Source: Octopus sinensis
Taxonomy: Eukaryota
NCBI RefSeq assembly: GCF_006345805.1
Contig: NW_021834459.1
Span: 1 to 47,966 of the forward strand
Length of the DNA stretch: 47,966 nt
Direction: 5' to 3'
The stretch's first letter is position 1. Each line of letters begins with the position of its first letter. Under the pieces are notes generated by a model. That model did not search any database. It was not told the DNA's origin and worked only from the letters and a program-made list of their open reading frames with translations. This document shows, in pieces, positions 11,679 to 24,469 of this stretch. The position numbers and the translations under genes were made by a program.

Positions 11679-14013
11679 TTTTTTTTTTCTTCTTTCAAAT
11701 TTTCTTCCATTTCTTGCCGAGTGTCTTCCCGACTCCTAGGGCAAAGAAACTCATAGTGTATATTGGTAGGCCATTAAACCAAACTCAGTAGTTCGTTCAT
11801 TATTTTTTTTTTTTTTTTTTTAAAGTTAAATTAAAATGCATGAGCAGCAACAGTTCTCACATCGACAATGCTCTTCTCAATACGTGTGATGTACCAGTTA
11901 AGACAATCTTTTGCACTTCTTGCAGGGATGGTAAGCCAGGGATCATTCTCATATAATTTTCGGTTCCCTTCTTGATCATTCCTAGTGCTCCTACGATCAC
12001 TGGTATTGTAACCGCCTTGAGATGCCACATTTTCTCAATTTCAATGAGTAGGTCTTTATATTTTCTGAGCTTGTCAAACTCTTTCGCTGAGATATTATGA
12101 TCACAGGGGATGCTCATGTCGATCAATAAGCAAACTTTATTGTTTTGGTCTTTCACAACAATATCTGGTTTATTGGCCTTGATGTTCGGTCTGTATGTAC
12201 TGGAAAGTCCCACAGAATGGTTACATTTTCTCCTTCAGTTACAGCCTCAGGGTGGTGATTATACCACTTGTCGGCAGTTTTGATATTGTAATGCCGACTT
12301 ATTACCCAGTGGAGATATTGGCCAACTCTGTCATGTCTTAATTTATACTCCACTGGTGCTAAGACTTTACATCCAGAGATTAGGTGGTCCACTGTTTCAA
12401 TCATGTCGTTGCAGAATCGGCATTTTGGGTCTGCTCTATTTTTCATCACATTGGCCTGGTAGTTCCGGGTTGATAGGCTTTGGTCTTGAGCAGCCAGGAT
12501 GAAACCTTCGCTCTCTGCTTTTAGCCCTGAGCTCCGCAGCCACTGATGGGTTTGCTTCTGGTCAACATCAGCTTGTTTGCTGCGGGTCACATATTTGCCG
12601 TGCAGAGGTTTCTCCTCCCACCTATCAGCCACTTGCTCGTGCGCTTTTTTCATTGCCATCATTTTCACCTTCTTTGCAACAATAGTTGCCGTACTTCCCT
12701 CGGGTTGTTCAGTTTGGGTATCCTGCACGAGATCAATAGCAAATTTTTTGCTTTCCTTGATGATAGAATGAAGCTTCTTTCGTCTCTCGTGATTTTCCAC
12801 GAGCTTTAGCATCCAGTCATTCGATATTTCGAAATATTTGGCCTGTCCAATCGTGGTTGTTTTGTAAGCTAGTTCAAATTGGATCAGGCCTCGACCTCCT
12901 TGGGCTCTGGGAAGGTAAAGGCGATCTACGTCTGCCTTTGGGTGGTGCATCCTATTACAACTCAGCAGCTTGCGTATTTTTCTATCTATATTATTTACTT
13001 CACTCATATTCCAGTTCAACACATTGTAGCTATAAGTAACAACTGGAACTGCTAGGGAATTTATAGCTAACACCTTGTTACGTGCATTTAGTTCAGATTT
13101 CAGGACTGCACGAACTCTTCTATGACATTCCTTCCTGATTTTCTCTTTCATGCTTGCATGCTGAATACCAGAGCCTTCATTTATCCCTAAATATTTGTAT
13201 GTTTGTTCTTGCTCAAGCTTCTCTATGACTGTGTCACATCTAACACGACTGAATTTGTGGTCTTCACTTTCCCTTTCTGGAAAGTGGCCTTGGCACACTT
13301 CTCAAGTCCAAACTCCATCCCGATGTCATCGCTGAATGCTTTCACGGTGCGCAATAGCCTTCAAGTTCATTATTGTCTTTACCATAAAGTTTTAAGTCAT
13401 CCATATAAAATAGATGGCTTATTTTTTATTGGCAATTTTATACCCATACCCTGTTCTGTTTAATTCACTTGTGTAAGGGGTATTAGGGCTATGCAGAATA
13501 TTAAAGGTGAAAGTGAGTCACCTTGAAAAATTCCACAGTTGATGTTTATATTTTCTGAGGCAAGTACTCCATTAGAGTGGTATAATTGGAGATTCGTATT
13601 CCACAACGACATATTGTGCTTCAGGAAGTTTGAAATCACAGGGGAAATTTTGAAGATGTCCAGCGATCTCAAGATCCATGGATGCGGTATACTGTCGAAG
13701 GCCTTTATAGTCAATCCATGCGGTGCTGAGATTTCTGCGCTTGTTGTGACAGTTCTCAAGGATCATACGATTGATTAGCAGTTGATCTTTGCATCCGTAA
13801 GAGCCTCGGCGGCACCCTTTTTGTTCAATGGGGAAAATATCGTTCTTCTCCATGAATGCATATGTTTTCTCCGCCAGTATAGATGTTAGGATTTTATACG
13901 TGGTGGATAGACAGGTATAGGCCGATAGTTTTTTGGAAGGTTGGTTTCGTTATTCTTTGGGAGTAGGTAAGTAATGCCACTTGCTAACCATTCAGGTGTT
14001 TTCTTTGGGTCTC
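11679..14013 (-). mobile_element. 5'-truncated R4/Dong-like LINE, family C (RT + CCHC + RLE, frameshifted)
   Basis: ORF segments contain [44 protein letters not shown] and ANKPDIVVKD...LLIDMSIP; HLFYMDDLKLY is present in the unlisted frame near 13390-13420; bounded by (TTA)n. Confidence 0.95.
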
Positions 14014-14018
14014 TATTA

Positions 14019-14066
<48 letters not shown>

Positions 14067-14067
<1 letters not shown>

Positions 14068-17000
14068 TATGTTTGACTTTTGCTTTATATTTGTACAAGT
14101 TGGCTCCAAGTCTCACCCAGAGACCTCAAGAGACAACAGGGTTGGAAGTTCATGTTGTTGTTATGCCTAGTGTGCCATATATTTGGGGGGTGGGGATGTT
14201 GTACTAATGAATGTCTAAAAAAAAAAGTTTTTTTTTTTTTTTAAACCGAAAATTATGGTTGTTTTAAACCTTGAGGTTACATAGAGAGTATTTTGCGTAG
14301 GATATGAGCAGTTCCCATGAGCACTATCTTTTGAACTTCTGCCATTTTTGGGTTTCCTGGTATCTGAGTTAGGTAGCTATCAGCCCCTTTTGCTATCATT
14401 CCCAGGGCACCTATGACAACAGGTATTGTTTTAGTCTTCAGCTTCCACATTTTGCTGATTTCTATTTCAAGATCTTTATATTTGCTCAGTTTTTGGTAGG
14501 TCCTGACAGATACGTTTATATCGATTGGGACAGTCATATCAATGAGGAGGCATGTTCTTTGTTTGAAGTCTTTCAATATGATGTCTGGCCTATTTGCATC
14601 TATCTTCCTGTCAGTTTGAATGGTGAAGTTCCAGAGGAGTGAGATGTGGTCATTTTCAAGCACTGGGGTGGTTTGTGTTCCCACCAGTTTTTTTCATGGG
14701 GCAAATCCAGGTTTTTACAGATTACCCAGTGAATATATTGTGCAGCTCTATCGTGCCTGTTGAGATACTCTGTAGGCGCTAGAAGACTGCACTTGGAGAC
14801 CACATGGTCAATGGTTTCATTTTGTTGCTTGCATACACGACACGTTGGACTGCTTCTGATCTTTAATATGTTGGCCTGGTAGTTTCTTGTTGGTAGGCAT
14901 TGATCTTGAGCTGCTATGATAAACCCCTCTGTTTCAGATTTTAAGCCAGAGGCCATTAGCCATTGATGGGTCAGGGCTTTGTCGATATCTGCATTATTCG
15001 CTCTCTTTGGGTATTGCCGCGTAGAGAGGTTTTTCTTGCCATTTATTATTCAGAATATCTAAGGCCGCAGTTTTGGCACGGGTTTTCATGCGCCTAGCTT
15101 TTTCTGTGCTTGTTTCTTGTATGTCTATCTCTAATTCCGAAATGGTTGTATTCGGAATTCACTTAGATATTCCTTTGCCTGTTTTGTGACTGAGTATGAT
15201 GCTTTCTTGTTTTCATGTTTTGAGACAAGTTTTAACATCCAGTCCTCAGAGTTTTTCAGGTAGGTGTCTAGGCCAATTGTAGCAATCTTTTTGTTATTGC
15301 CAGTTGCAAAAGACCACGGCCTCCCTCTTTTCTTGGCAGATAGAGTCGTTCTGTATCTGCCTTAGGGTGGTGCATTCTATGCATTGTCAACAGTTTCCTT
15401 ATTTTTCTGTCGAGCTGACATATTTCAGTAATTGACCAGTTAACAATATTGAAACTGTAAGTCACGACTGGTATAGCTAATGCATTGATTGCTTCGATCC
15501 TGTTTCTTGCATTCAGCTCTGTCTTGAGTATTGCTCTCACTCTTCGATAGCATTCTCTCCTGATCCTTTCCTTCATCTCTGAATGCCTTATTCCGTTCCC
15601 TTCAATTACCCCTAGGTACTTGTAGCTCTCCGCTGGGTCTAGTTCTTTTATGACATTCTGTTGGTCAAGGTTAACGTTAGATGTTTCTGTCATTTTTCCT
15701 TTGATAAAGGTAGCCTTTGCACATTTATCGAGGCCGAATTGCATTCTGATGTCGTCACTGAATTGTTTGACTATCGCTAGAAAGCCCTTGAGTTGTTGAT
15801 CATTTTTTGCAAAAAGCTTTAAATCATCCATGTAAACGAGATGATTTATATTTTTATCAAACATGTTATACCCGTACTGCGCGTCATTGAGCAGCTTTGA
15901 GAGAGGTATTAAGGATAAACAAAAGAGGAGTGGTGACAGTGAGTCACCCTGGAAAATGCCACACGAAATTTTTACATCACCAGCATTTAGGGATTCACTG
16001 TCACTGTTCAGAGTTAGTGTGGTTCTCCATGATCTCATACTTACAGTCAAGAAGTTTCGCAGAGTTGGTGCTATCTTACATTTCAAGGCATTTCCTAATC
16101 CAGCTATGTGGTAGGCTATCAAAAGCTTTTTATAGTCTATCCAGGCTATTGATAAGTTTTTGTGTCGTTTGTGACAATCTTCTAAGATCATCTTATTGAT
16201 GAGTAGTTGGTCTTTACAGCCGTAGGATCCACGTTTACATCCTTTCTGTTCATTAGGGAATATGCTGGTCTGTTAAAAAACTATAGGTATATTCCGTCAG
16301 GACAGATGTTAGAGTTTTGTACATAGTTGTTAAGCAGGTTATGGGTCTATATTTTTAGTTCATTTGTTTCTTCACTTTTTGGAAGCAGGAATGTTAACCC
16401 ATTAACTAGCCAAGGAGGCATCCTACTAGGGTGTTGCAGAACATCATTGTACAGTTCTGTTAGCAGTTCATGGCTCTCTGGGAAGGCATTCAGCCAGAAG
16501 TTAGGAATTTTATCCTTTCCTGGAGACTTCCATTTGCTTGACCTCCTGAGAGCAGATCTTATATCTTCTACCTTGACACCCTCCCACTTTTGCTCTTCTA
16601 AGGGGTCCAGTTCTGTAGATATTCTGTCAATCCAGGGGGCCTTTTCGTTGTGTGTTTTTTCTTCTGCCCAGATTAATTTCCAAAATCTCTGCACTTCTTC
16701 TTTTGATGGTACAGACCCTGCAGTAAACGCTGTTTTTCCTATCTTCCTGTAAAAATTCTTGGTGTTATTTTTGAACATGTTGTTGTCCTTGAAAAATCTA
16801 ACACGCTTTTCATACCTCGCTATGCGGGTAGCTTTGGCAGATACCTTTTGTTTGATGGTTTCTATGGTGGCATCAATATCAAGTATAGTTTTCATATTGT
16901 ATTTTTTCAGTAATTTTTGGGTTTTTGTAGGTTTGGTAGTCTTGTGAGCCTTAAGGTTTTTCAAATATTCAATGTCAGATCTAAATACTTTAATTTGTTG

Positions 17001-17763
17001 TTGCAGACGCTCTTGCCAAGAAGGCTTTTTGTGGGACTGTTGCCGTTTTCTAATCTTTACACCACATAGGATCGTTGAGATTTTCGCGGATGCATAGTAT
17101 AGGTGGTTGAGGTTTGTGATATCAACATCATTAACTGAAATTATATCCTTAAGTGCAAGCCGGATTTTACCAATTATTTTCATGTTTTGGTTAGAGTTGC
17201 GGATTTTGAAGTGTATCACGCTCATCCATGCTGGTTTTTTTAATTTTCAGCCATTCAATCATGATTTGATTTTTTAGCTCATGTAGTTCTGTTGGGTCAA
17301 TATTTGTGTGACTTTCTTTATCTATTTGATGCTCATCTGTCTTAGTGTTTATGATTGGTTCAGGGCGTATTTCACTTTGCCTATCACTTATACTAACTCT
17401 TTCAATCCTCTCTTCGTTTTTATCCGCCCTGGGCTGGTCTATAATAATTTCCTCTGTATTATCTTCTCTAGCTGCAGCTTCGTTCATTTTATCCGATATT
17501 GCTTGTCTAACCTGATCAATCTCTACTTCAGTCAGTAATTTCTTTTTTATAATGTTTCTTCTAACATTGGCAAGCTTGTTACTGTCTATGTAGGGTCTTA
17601 CTTGTTTCTGTCTCCAGTTTAAGTATGCTTGTACAGTGCTGGACTTATCTGTGGGGAAATATATGGCATGGTAGAAGGCCTCGAGAACTTCTTTATTATC
17701 TTCCCTAGACCATTTTTCCTTCTTTTTCTTTTGATTATTTGGTGATGAGCATGGATGGCCATC

Positions 17764-17764
<1 letters not shown>
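14067..17764 (-). mobile_element. Near full-length R4/Dong-like LINE, family D (N-terminal R4-type domain, RT, CCHC, RLE; about 1160 codons, frameshifted)
   Basis: N-terminal KWSREDNKEVLEAFY...NKLANVRRNIIKKKLLTEVE; RT motifs [17 protein letters not shown] and YMDDLKLF; CRVCKQQNETIDHVVSKC; ANRPDIILKD...LIDMTVP...KLSKY. No apurinic endonuclease domain seen; flanked by (TTA)n. Confidence 0.95.
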
Positions 17765-17840
<76 letters not shown>

Positions 17841-17843
17841 TTC

Positions 17844-18066
17844 AGGCGGCGAGCTGGCAAAACCGTTAGCACGTCGAGCAAGATGCTTAACGGCATTTCG
17901 TCCGCTCTCTACTTTCTGAGTTCAAGTTCCGCCGAGGTCGATATTGTATTCCATCCATTTCAGATCTATAAAATAATTTGATGAGTGAAAAATGAGCAAA
18001 GGGGTCGATTTAATCTACTTGCTCCCTCCATACAAAAACACCTGGCTCTGTGCCAAAGTTTGAAAC
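17844..18066 (+). mobile_element. SINE family 1 with (TTA)n tail extending to about 18415
   Basis: ggcggcgagctggcaaaaccgttagcacg head, gagttcaagttcc B-box and body. Confidence 0.85.
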
Positions 18067-18107
18067 TATTATTATTATTATTATTATTATTATTCTTGTT
18101 GTTGCTC

Positions 18108-18164
<57 letters not shown>

Positions 18165-18331
18165 TATTATTATTATTATTATCATCCTTATTATTATTAT
18201 CATCATCATCATCATCATCATCATTATTATTATTATCATCATCATCATCATCATTATTATTATTGTTATTATTACCACTACTTCTAATATTATTATTATT
18301 ATTATTATTATCATCATCATCATCATCATCA

Positions 18332-18384
<53 letters not shown>

Positions 18385-18769
18385 TTTATCAGTGATGCTT
18401 TTGTTGTTGTTGTTATAATACCTCAGCAACGTTTTCAATTTCAGCACGCATTTATATATCCTCACAGCCTCAGATTTTGTTTCCTAGACATGTGCTTATG
18501 TTCTGTTCTTGTAACGATGTCTTTCGAAGAACTTCGCTCACTTCATATTGTTAATAACATCCAACATCTTATCTCTGATGATATATAGGAGAGTTTATTT
18601 TAGTATCATTTCTTTTATTAGAACCATCTTTTGTTGAAGGCATACAGGAAATAAAGTTATATTCCAAATGGTAAGCTATACAACTTCAGTCATATTAAAC
18701 TTTCAGGTGCAAGAACTTTCTGCATATATCCGGTTCAGGAGGCACTGTTAGACAGTACATACTTCCGTA

Positions 18770-19140
18770 TGTATGCATGTATATGTGGCTCTGTATATGT
18801 ATGCCTGTATGCCTGTATGTATGTATGTATGTATTTATGTATGTATGTATGTATGTATGTATGTATGTATGTATGTATGTATGTATGCATGCATGTATGT
18901 ATGTATGTGTGTATATATGTATGTATGCATGTATTATGTGGCTCTGTATATGTATGCCTGTATGTATGTATGTATGTATGTATGTATGTATGTATGTATG
19001 TATGTATGTATGTATGCATGTATGTATGTATGTATGTATGTGTGTATGCATGTATGTATGCATGTATATGTGGCTCTGTATATGTATGCCTGTATGTATG
19101 TATGTATGTATGCATGTATGCATATATGTATTATGTATAT
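18770..19140. repeat. (TATG)n with a three-fold higher-order unit (atgtggctctgtatatgtatgcctg)
   Basis: The non-repeat motif recurs at about 18783, 18937 and 19069. Confidence 0.9.
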
Positions 19141-19210
19141 ATGTATTATGGTAATGTTTGTATGCATGAAGGTGTGTACATATGCAAGCGTGCAAGTGTG
19201 TACGTATGCA

Positions 19211-19243
19211 TAGGGTTAGGGTTAGGGTTAGGGTTAGGGTTAG
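19211..19243 (+). repeat. Interstitial telomeric repeat TAGGG(TTAGGG)4TTAG
   Basis: Perfect TTAGGG units are directly visible. Confidence 0.9.
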
Positions 19244-19294
19244 TGTGTAGGTATGTGCGTAAAAATTATATATCCATCTGTCTGTCTGTCTACA

Positions 19295-19360
<66 letters not shown>

Positions 19361-19424
19361 CATCAAATCTGTCTATCTGTCTGTCTTTCTACCTACCTAC
19401 CTACCTACCTACCTACCTACCTAC

Positions 19425-19492
<68 letters not shown>

Positions 19493-20370
19493 AAAGTTAT
19501 TACGTTTTAGACATGCCGCAGCGCTTACGAACCATGCAGGCCGTTCGAAACTTGCATTGAGACGGCTAATAACCTGTTCCTCGATACTTTTCCAAGGGAA
19601 TTAAGAGCGACAGGAATTGAAGAGCGTAAACAGTCTAGGGGAACGTAGGACAAGGCGCAGGGTATAATTGAAAAGAGGAAGACATAAGTTTGTCATATGG
19701 GCCTGTGTGGAGCTAGCATACAACTAGCTAGTTTGAAGGAACTAATCACAAAAGTCATCTTAGGTAATAGAACTGGTAGAGTATGGAAGTCAGAGAGAGA
19801 GAGAGAGAGAGCGAGAGAAAGAGAGAGAGAGCGAGAGAGAGAGAGAGAGAGAGAGAAAGTTTAATATGTAAACACAAAAATACATGATAATAGAATTATA
19901 TAAAAGAAGGATAACGAGTACTCAGACGAACAGACTTACAAACTGGCCAATGGACATTTAGATGAGATAGTAATGTATTAAAATGCCAGGAATATATATG
20001 TAAATATGTTGAAGTTAATGATAAAATGCAGTTACTCTGCAGCTGTATAATATTTTAACAATATTTTTTCAAGAACTCTATTACGGAATTTAAATGCATA
20101 CGGAAATATATCCAGCTGAATTGCATTTTTTTTCCAATTAAAAACCTATCTATTATTCATTTTATTGTTTATCAATACTGCGCTTAATTCAGAGAATTAA
20201 CGTACTTGACGTACCATTTGGCTACAAACATATTTAGATTCAGCATTCCTCGGCTTGTTGAGATTTTAAACTCAATTTTGTTAACATGTCTGAAAGTTTC
20301 GTAGAGTTTCTGTACTGACAGACAGAAATATGTCCGCTAGAATTTGTTTGGAGTCTATCTCCCATAAATT

Positions 20371-20507
20371 TTCGGCAAAAGAAACCGATAAAATAAGTAC
20401 TAGGCTTACAAAGAATAAGTCCTGGAGTCGATTTGCTCGACTAAAGGCGGTGCTCCAGCATGGCAGCAGTCAAATAAATGACTGAAACAAGTAAAAGAGT
20501 AAAAGAT
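20371..20507 (+). mobile_element. SINE family 2, 3' half only
   Basis: aataagtactaggcttacaaagaataagtcctgg...ggcggtgctccagcatgg...aatgactgaaacaagtaaaaga. Confidence 0.85.
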
Positions 20508-21855
20508 GGACTCTCTCATTGAAGACTACGTGTGAGTGTTCAGCTCTTACCAAATGACCTGCATATATACTAAAAAGAAAAAAAAGTGCCCCAGCATGGC
20601 CACAGCTCATTAGCTGAAACTAGAATCAATCAATCATGTTGCACTTATCGACTTTAGGTCTTGTTACTCATTAAGATGGTACTTATTTTAATTGTACTTC
20701 AATCTCAGAAATGGCAGTATGTTATGAATTTGACTCAGAATATGAAAATCTAGGGAAAATTTGAGGTGACTATAAAGCGAAAAGACTGCTGCCAGAAGAT
20801 ATTTATATCTAATTACATTGCAATAGTTATTGTCAGTATATGCTAGACTACATTGTGGTGAGTTTATGTGAATGAAGTATATTGTTTCTTAACAGAAATA
20901 TTATAGGAAAGAAAATGCATTACTCGGTGCCTTGGGAAATAACCATTCACTAAACAATTAGTTGAATGTCAAATTGAAACTCTGAAAATTTGAAAGTCAA
21001 ATTGGAAACGTATTAGACTTTGTAATTTGCTTTGCTAACGGTTGTGCGATTGAGTTTATATAAAATTACTTATACTATAAATACACTTAGAGCAAATATT
21101 TTAATAGAATTATTTCTTAAGATTACCACTGTTGCTATAAGATAAATTTGACTTTAAACTGGAGTTAGATTAAACTGGATGCATCGTTAAATATCTCGGA
21201 TTTTCATTTTCGAGTATGTTACCAAGGTTTGTCAGTGATGTTACAGGCAAAACCCGATGTAGTTATCTAGAAAAAAGATGTAGAATGGAGGTAAATGGTG
21301 TAAGCTTATTTTTTCTAGATATTTCTTCGCCATGGTGGGAAGCAGTGTTTATCCTAACTATCGCTTCTCCGTCACCAAGGCAGCTGATCCGTCATTAAGA
21401 CTACCTTCATACTTTCATAGCCAGAATATCTGGTTGAACTGCTGCCAATTCTATCTCTGACATCTCACACTGACAGATACTGGATTTAGATGGAATAATT
21501 GAAGGCGTTGGTCCTTTTGATTGTGAGTATGATGCGTGCGAACACAGTCACGTTTCGATTGCCACGGGGCTTCGTCATTCAGGTCCCTTTATCTAAAGCA
21601 CAAATATGTTGAGAATATCGGAGAACAACCCGATTGCAGTGATGCTGATGCCACAGTCTATCGTGGTCCACATTTGCGTCTTCTCTCGGTGAACAAAGTT
21701 TGCTGACAAGACTCCCTTTAACCCTTCCGAGGCAAAAAGTCAATGGGGTTTGCCTGCTTAACCACCGCCGAGCTGACCATAAAATGGTCGCTGCTGGTAA
21801 ATGTCTCCCCGCCCGTGGTCAATTGACCAAAGACTCACAAGCATAGAACATGCAA

Positions 21856-21892
<37 letters not shown>

Positions 21893-22076
21893 CAAAATAG
21901 AAAAGAGTGAAAAAACTACAGAAGGCTTGTTTTATAAGGTTAAAGAATATATTTAAGTCGTTATGTTAGAAACATGTTAGCAAATTTTGTGTATAGTAAC
22001 ATAGTTTTCTATTTTGTATACATCCAACCACGTGCCTTTACACACCAACTTTCTCACCTATACACACACACACACA

Positions 22077-22175
<99 letters not shown>

Positions 22176-22241
22176 GTAGGTCCCGGGTTGAGTCGGGGTT
22201 AACCACAGTAAATAAGGTACTCAATACATAGCAGAGTAAAT

Positions 22242-22367
22242 TAATTTATTTTATAGAAGGAGCTTCTACAGGACTAGAACTGTTTCATTCAAAAGAAATC
22301 ATCCTGATGATTTCTTTTGAATGAAACAGTTCTAGTCCTGTAGAAGCTCCTTCTATAAAATAAATTA
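22242..22367. repeat. Perfect palindrome, 62-bp arms with a 2-nt spacer, centred on a hammerhead-like core
   Basis: 22242-22303 is the exact reverse complement of 22306-22367; CTGATGA at 22304-22310 is followed by tttcttttgaat-GAAAC. Confidence 0.9.
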
Positions 22368-23274
22368 TATATATATATATATATGATTAAAATAATAAAT
22401 AATTGAGGAGAGCATGTGCGAACCCCGAGTTGCCTATATTTCGCGAAAGTGAACCCTACGCGTGCAACGGGAGGGCCTTACTCTGGGAGAACCACCTGAA
22501 TGACTAAATAAATATGCCATAAAAACTTGGGGTATTCATACAAAAACACAACGTCTTTAAATAAAACTGTTGCTTGATTAGTTCCAAACCTTGGTCGTTA
22601 GGATAATCAATGGCAGCTCCATTTAATTTTTACTCAGTATTACTGTTGTTAATAGGCAGATATAAAACATCAAGTTTCGCATTGTTCAATGTAATCTTTT
22701 ACATTCCAAGGAATAAGTAGATATTCAAAACCATCCTTTCAGTTATCTTCTCGCACCCTTACAATGTAAATTTGACGAGATGCATTCAACTCACATTTTA
22801 TTAACTCCAGCCAACCCGAAGGTTTGGTAATGTTTTTAGTACGCTTTTATCTGCATATTAATTAAATATTTTATGTCACACATCATTAACTTCTATGCAG
22901 GTAATATCGTTCTTCAGAAGCTGTTAACAATCCGCCCGCACGCAGGTGACATCCACTATGCCCGCTAAATTACCTCACGCTAAGCATATTAATCCATTAA
23001 AAAGGCTTTTGAAAAGCACCATGCAATAGAGATATGACAATCTTGTCTTTTCTAACATTATAAATATTGGGTAATTACACACATCAAGGTAACAGCTTTG
23101 CACATCACACTCTCGAGTCAGGAATACTAAATGAAGAAGCAGCGCTCAGCATTGCGAAAAATGCTAACATCTCAAAATCTCTGATGTTGATCTCTGATAT
23201 CTACGCAATATGCATAACACTGGTAAAACTGAAAGAGCAAGGTAAGGATTCTTATGTAGAGCTCATGGTTTATT

Positions 23275-23420
23275 ATTTCTTTATTGCCCACATGGGGCTA
23301 AACATAGAGGGGACAAACAAGGACAGACAATGGGATTAAGTCGATTACATCGACCCCAGTGCGTAACTGGTACTTATTTAATCGAACCCGAAAGGATGAA
23401 AGGCAAAGTCAACCGCGGAC
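23275..23420 (-). mobile_element. SINE family 1, 3' part
   Basis: ggggctaaacatagaggggacaaacaaggacagac...atcgaccccagtgcgtaactgg...gaaaggatgaaaggcaaagtc. Confidence 0.85.
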
Positions 23421-23522
23421 AAAGCTCAAGTAAGACTGACGCTGAAGTATTCCTGAGATCAAAAGAACTATGACAGTCCTCATGCTATGCATCTTACTAT
23501 CCAAGATCAAATACAAATACAT

Positions 23523-24006
23523 TACCGTAAATCCTCGAGTATAATCCGCATTTTCCCCAAAAATTTAAAGGTCAAAATCCCTAGTGCGTACTATATACGA
23601 GGTTAAAAATGAAAATTACTTTCTAAGTAATGTCCGAGTCCGGTAACGTTTATTCAGACGCATTTTGTGATGTCGGGCGCGAAAATACCTTCAGCTATGC
23701 GTGAAAGCAATGAAGTCATATAAGAATCATCCATAACTTGCAGTAAGCAACATTTATTAAACGTTATTACTGTTACTTCTTTATTTTCTACAAATAAAAT
23801 GCACAAAAAAGCTACACGTTTGCATTATGTTATATATACACTAATAATAAAGGTCGTTACCGTATACAGTTTTACAAACCAAGGACGTTATATAGACCTC
23901 CTTGACTCAAGTTAGAGAAGGGGTGCATATTATACACAAGTTTTAGGTTTTTCAGAGGTACAGCCCCTAAAAACTCCTGCGTATTATACTCAAGGGCGGA
24001 CTATAC
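23523..24006. mobile_element. Tc1/mariner superfamily (pogo/Tc2-type) MITE, right TIR truncated
   Basis: Left end TA-CCGTAAATCCTCGAGTATAATCCGCA; the right end carries inverted subterminal copies tgcgtattatactcaagg and gcggactatact. Confidence 0.7.
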
Positions 24007-24024
24007 TATATCATATATTAGATG

Positions 24025-24055
<31 letters not shown>

Positions 24056-24469
24056 TGTGTGTGTGTGTGTGTGCGTGTGTGTGTATGTGTGTGTATGTGT
24101 GTGTGTGTTGTGTGTGTGTGTGTATCAAAGAAATTCAAAAAGGAAAATATGCACACTTTATATAGTTTTAATATAATTTTTAATATATCCACCGGTTTCG
24201 CTATCGCTATACATGATATTGTGGTTTACTTATTTGAATGTGTATTTTCTTAACAATAACTTTTGTCCATGCTGTGTGTGATGATATATATATATATATA
24301 TAAAAGAAGTGTAAAGAATACCATGTGACACTATTATGTGCTCCCGGTTAGATGAGCAGGTAATTCGGATCTTGGTCCTTGTTTAGGTTGTCTATATACA
24401 TATATATATATTTCTGTTCACATTCAGCCTTAATCCTGATGAGGAAGGATGAACATGAAGCGTAGTCTT

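Noticed and set aside
18707-18766. Symmetric 60-bp micro-exon candidate (GARTFCIYPVQEALLDSTYF)
   Set aside because: Its donor is just the start of a (TATG)n run, and it lies only 36 bp after a stronger donor, too short for an intron.
21420-21680. GPCR TM1/TM2-like peptide fragments on the minus strand (ITAIGLFSDILNIFVL)
   Set aside because: Short, immediately followed by a stop, needs frameshifts and lacks the diagnostic GN and LAxxD motifs; consistent with chance.
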